In this document: positions 63,928 to 64,000 of the stretch, piece after piece
Position numbering within the stretch: position 1 is the first letter of the stretch
How the letters are laid out: every line of letters begins with the position of its first letter
Assembly (NCBI RefSeq): GCF_009914755.1
Contig: NC_060933.1
Reading direction: 5' to 3' (one strand)
DNA: 64,000 nt
Source: the human T2T-CHM13v2.0 reference genome, Homo sapiens
Notes under the pieces: model-generated
The model's input: the letters and a program-made list of their open reading frames with translations, nothing else
What the model was told of the DNA's origin: nothing
Database searches by the model: none
Made by a program: the position numbers and the translations under genes

Positions 63928-64000
63928 GGCCAGGTACAGTGGCTCACTCCTGTAATCCCAACACTTTGGTAGGCTGAGGGGGGGCTGATCACCTGAGGTC
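63928..64000 (+). mobile_element. Alu 5' end (runs off the window)
   Basis: ggccaggtacagtggctcactcctgtaatccca. Confidence 0.93.

Overview
Primate (most likely human) non-coding DNA, either intronic or intergenic, and moderately AT-rich. I find no supportable protein-coding exon, RNA gene, CRISPR array or CpG island. The supplied ORFs are Alu/L1/LTR read-throughs, decayed L1 ORF remnants or chance ORFs. Much of the window is interspersed repeat: 39 Alu/FLAM copies (27 minus, 12 plus; about 17 AluY-like), two L1s spanning 5'UTR to 3' end with internal deletions (L1PA15/16-like at 24.7-30.4 kb with a perfect 14-bp TSD; L1MA-like at 44.6-49.4 kb), other L1/L2/MIR fragments, solo LTRs (MER4 composite, MER39, LTR47, MER72-like, THE1D, LTR27, MER31, MSTA) and hAT MITEs (MER5A1, MER5B, MER20, MER53). 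I see no evidence of a new gene system. The most unexplained signal is a set of perfect or near-perfect short palindromes: an 18-bp-arm hairpin at 8483-8524 in apparently unique DNA, a 22-bp-arm palindrome at 52210-52254 inside an old LTR, and several others. These look like template-switch or end-joining scars, or possibly hairpin RNAs. Also notable are inverted Alu pairs enclosing (TA)n tracts, a strong minus-strand bias of retroelements and a candidate 36-nt exon. Family and subfamily names come from my recall of consensus sequences, not from a database search, and boundaries of old elements are approximate.
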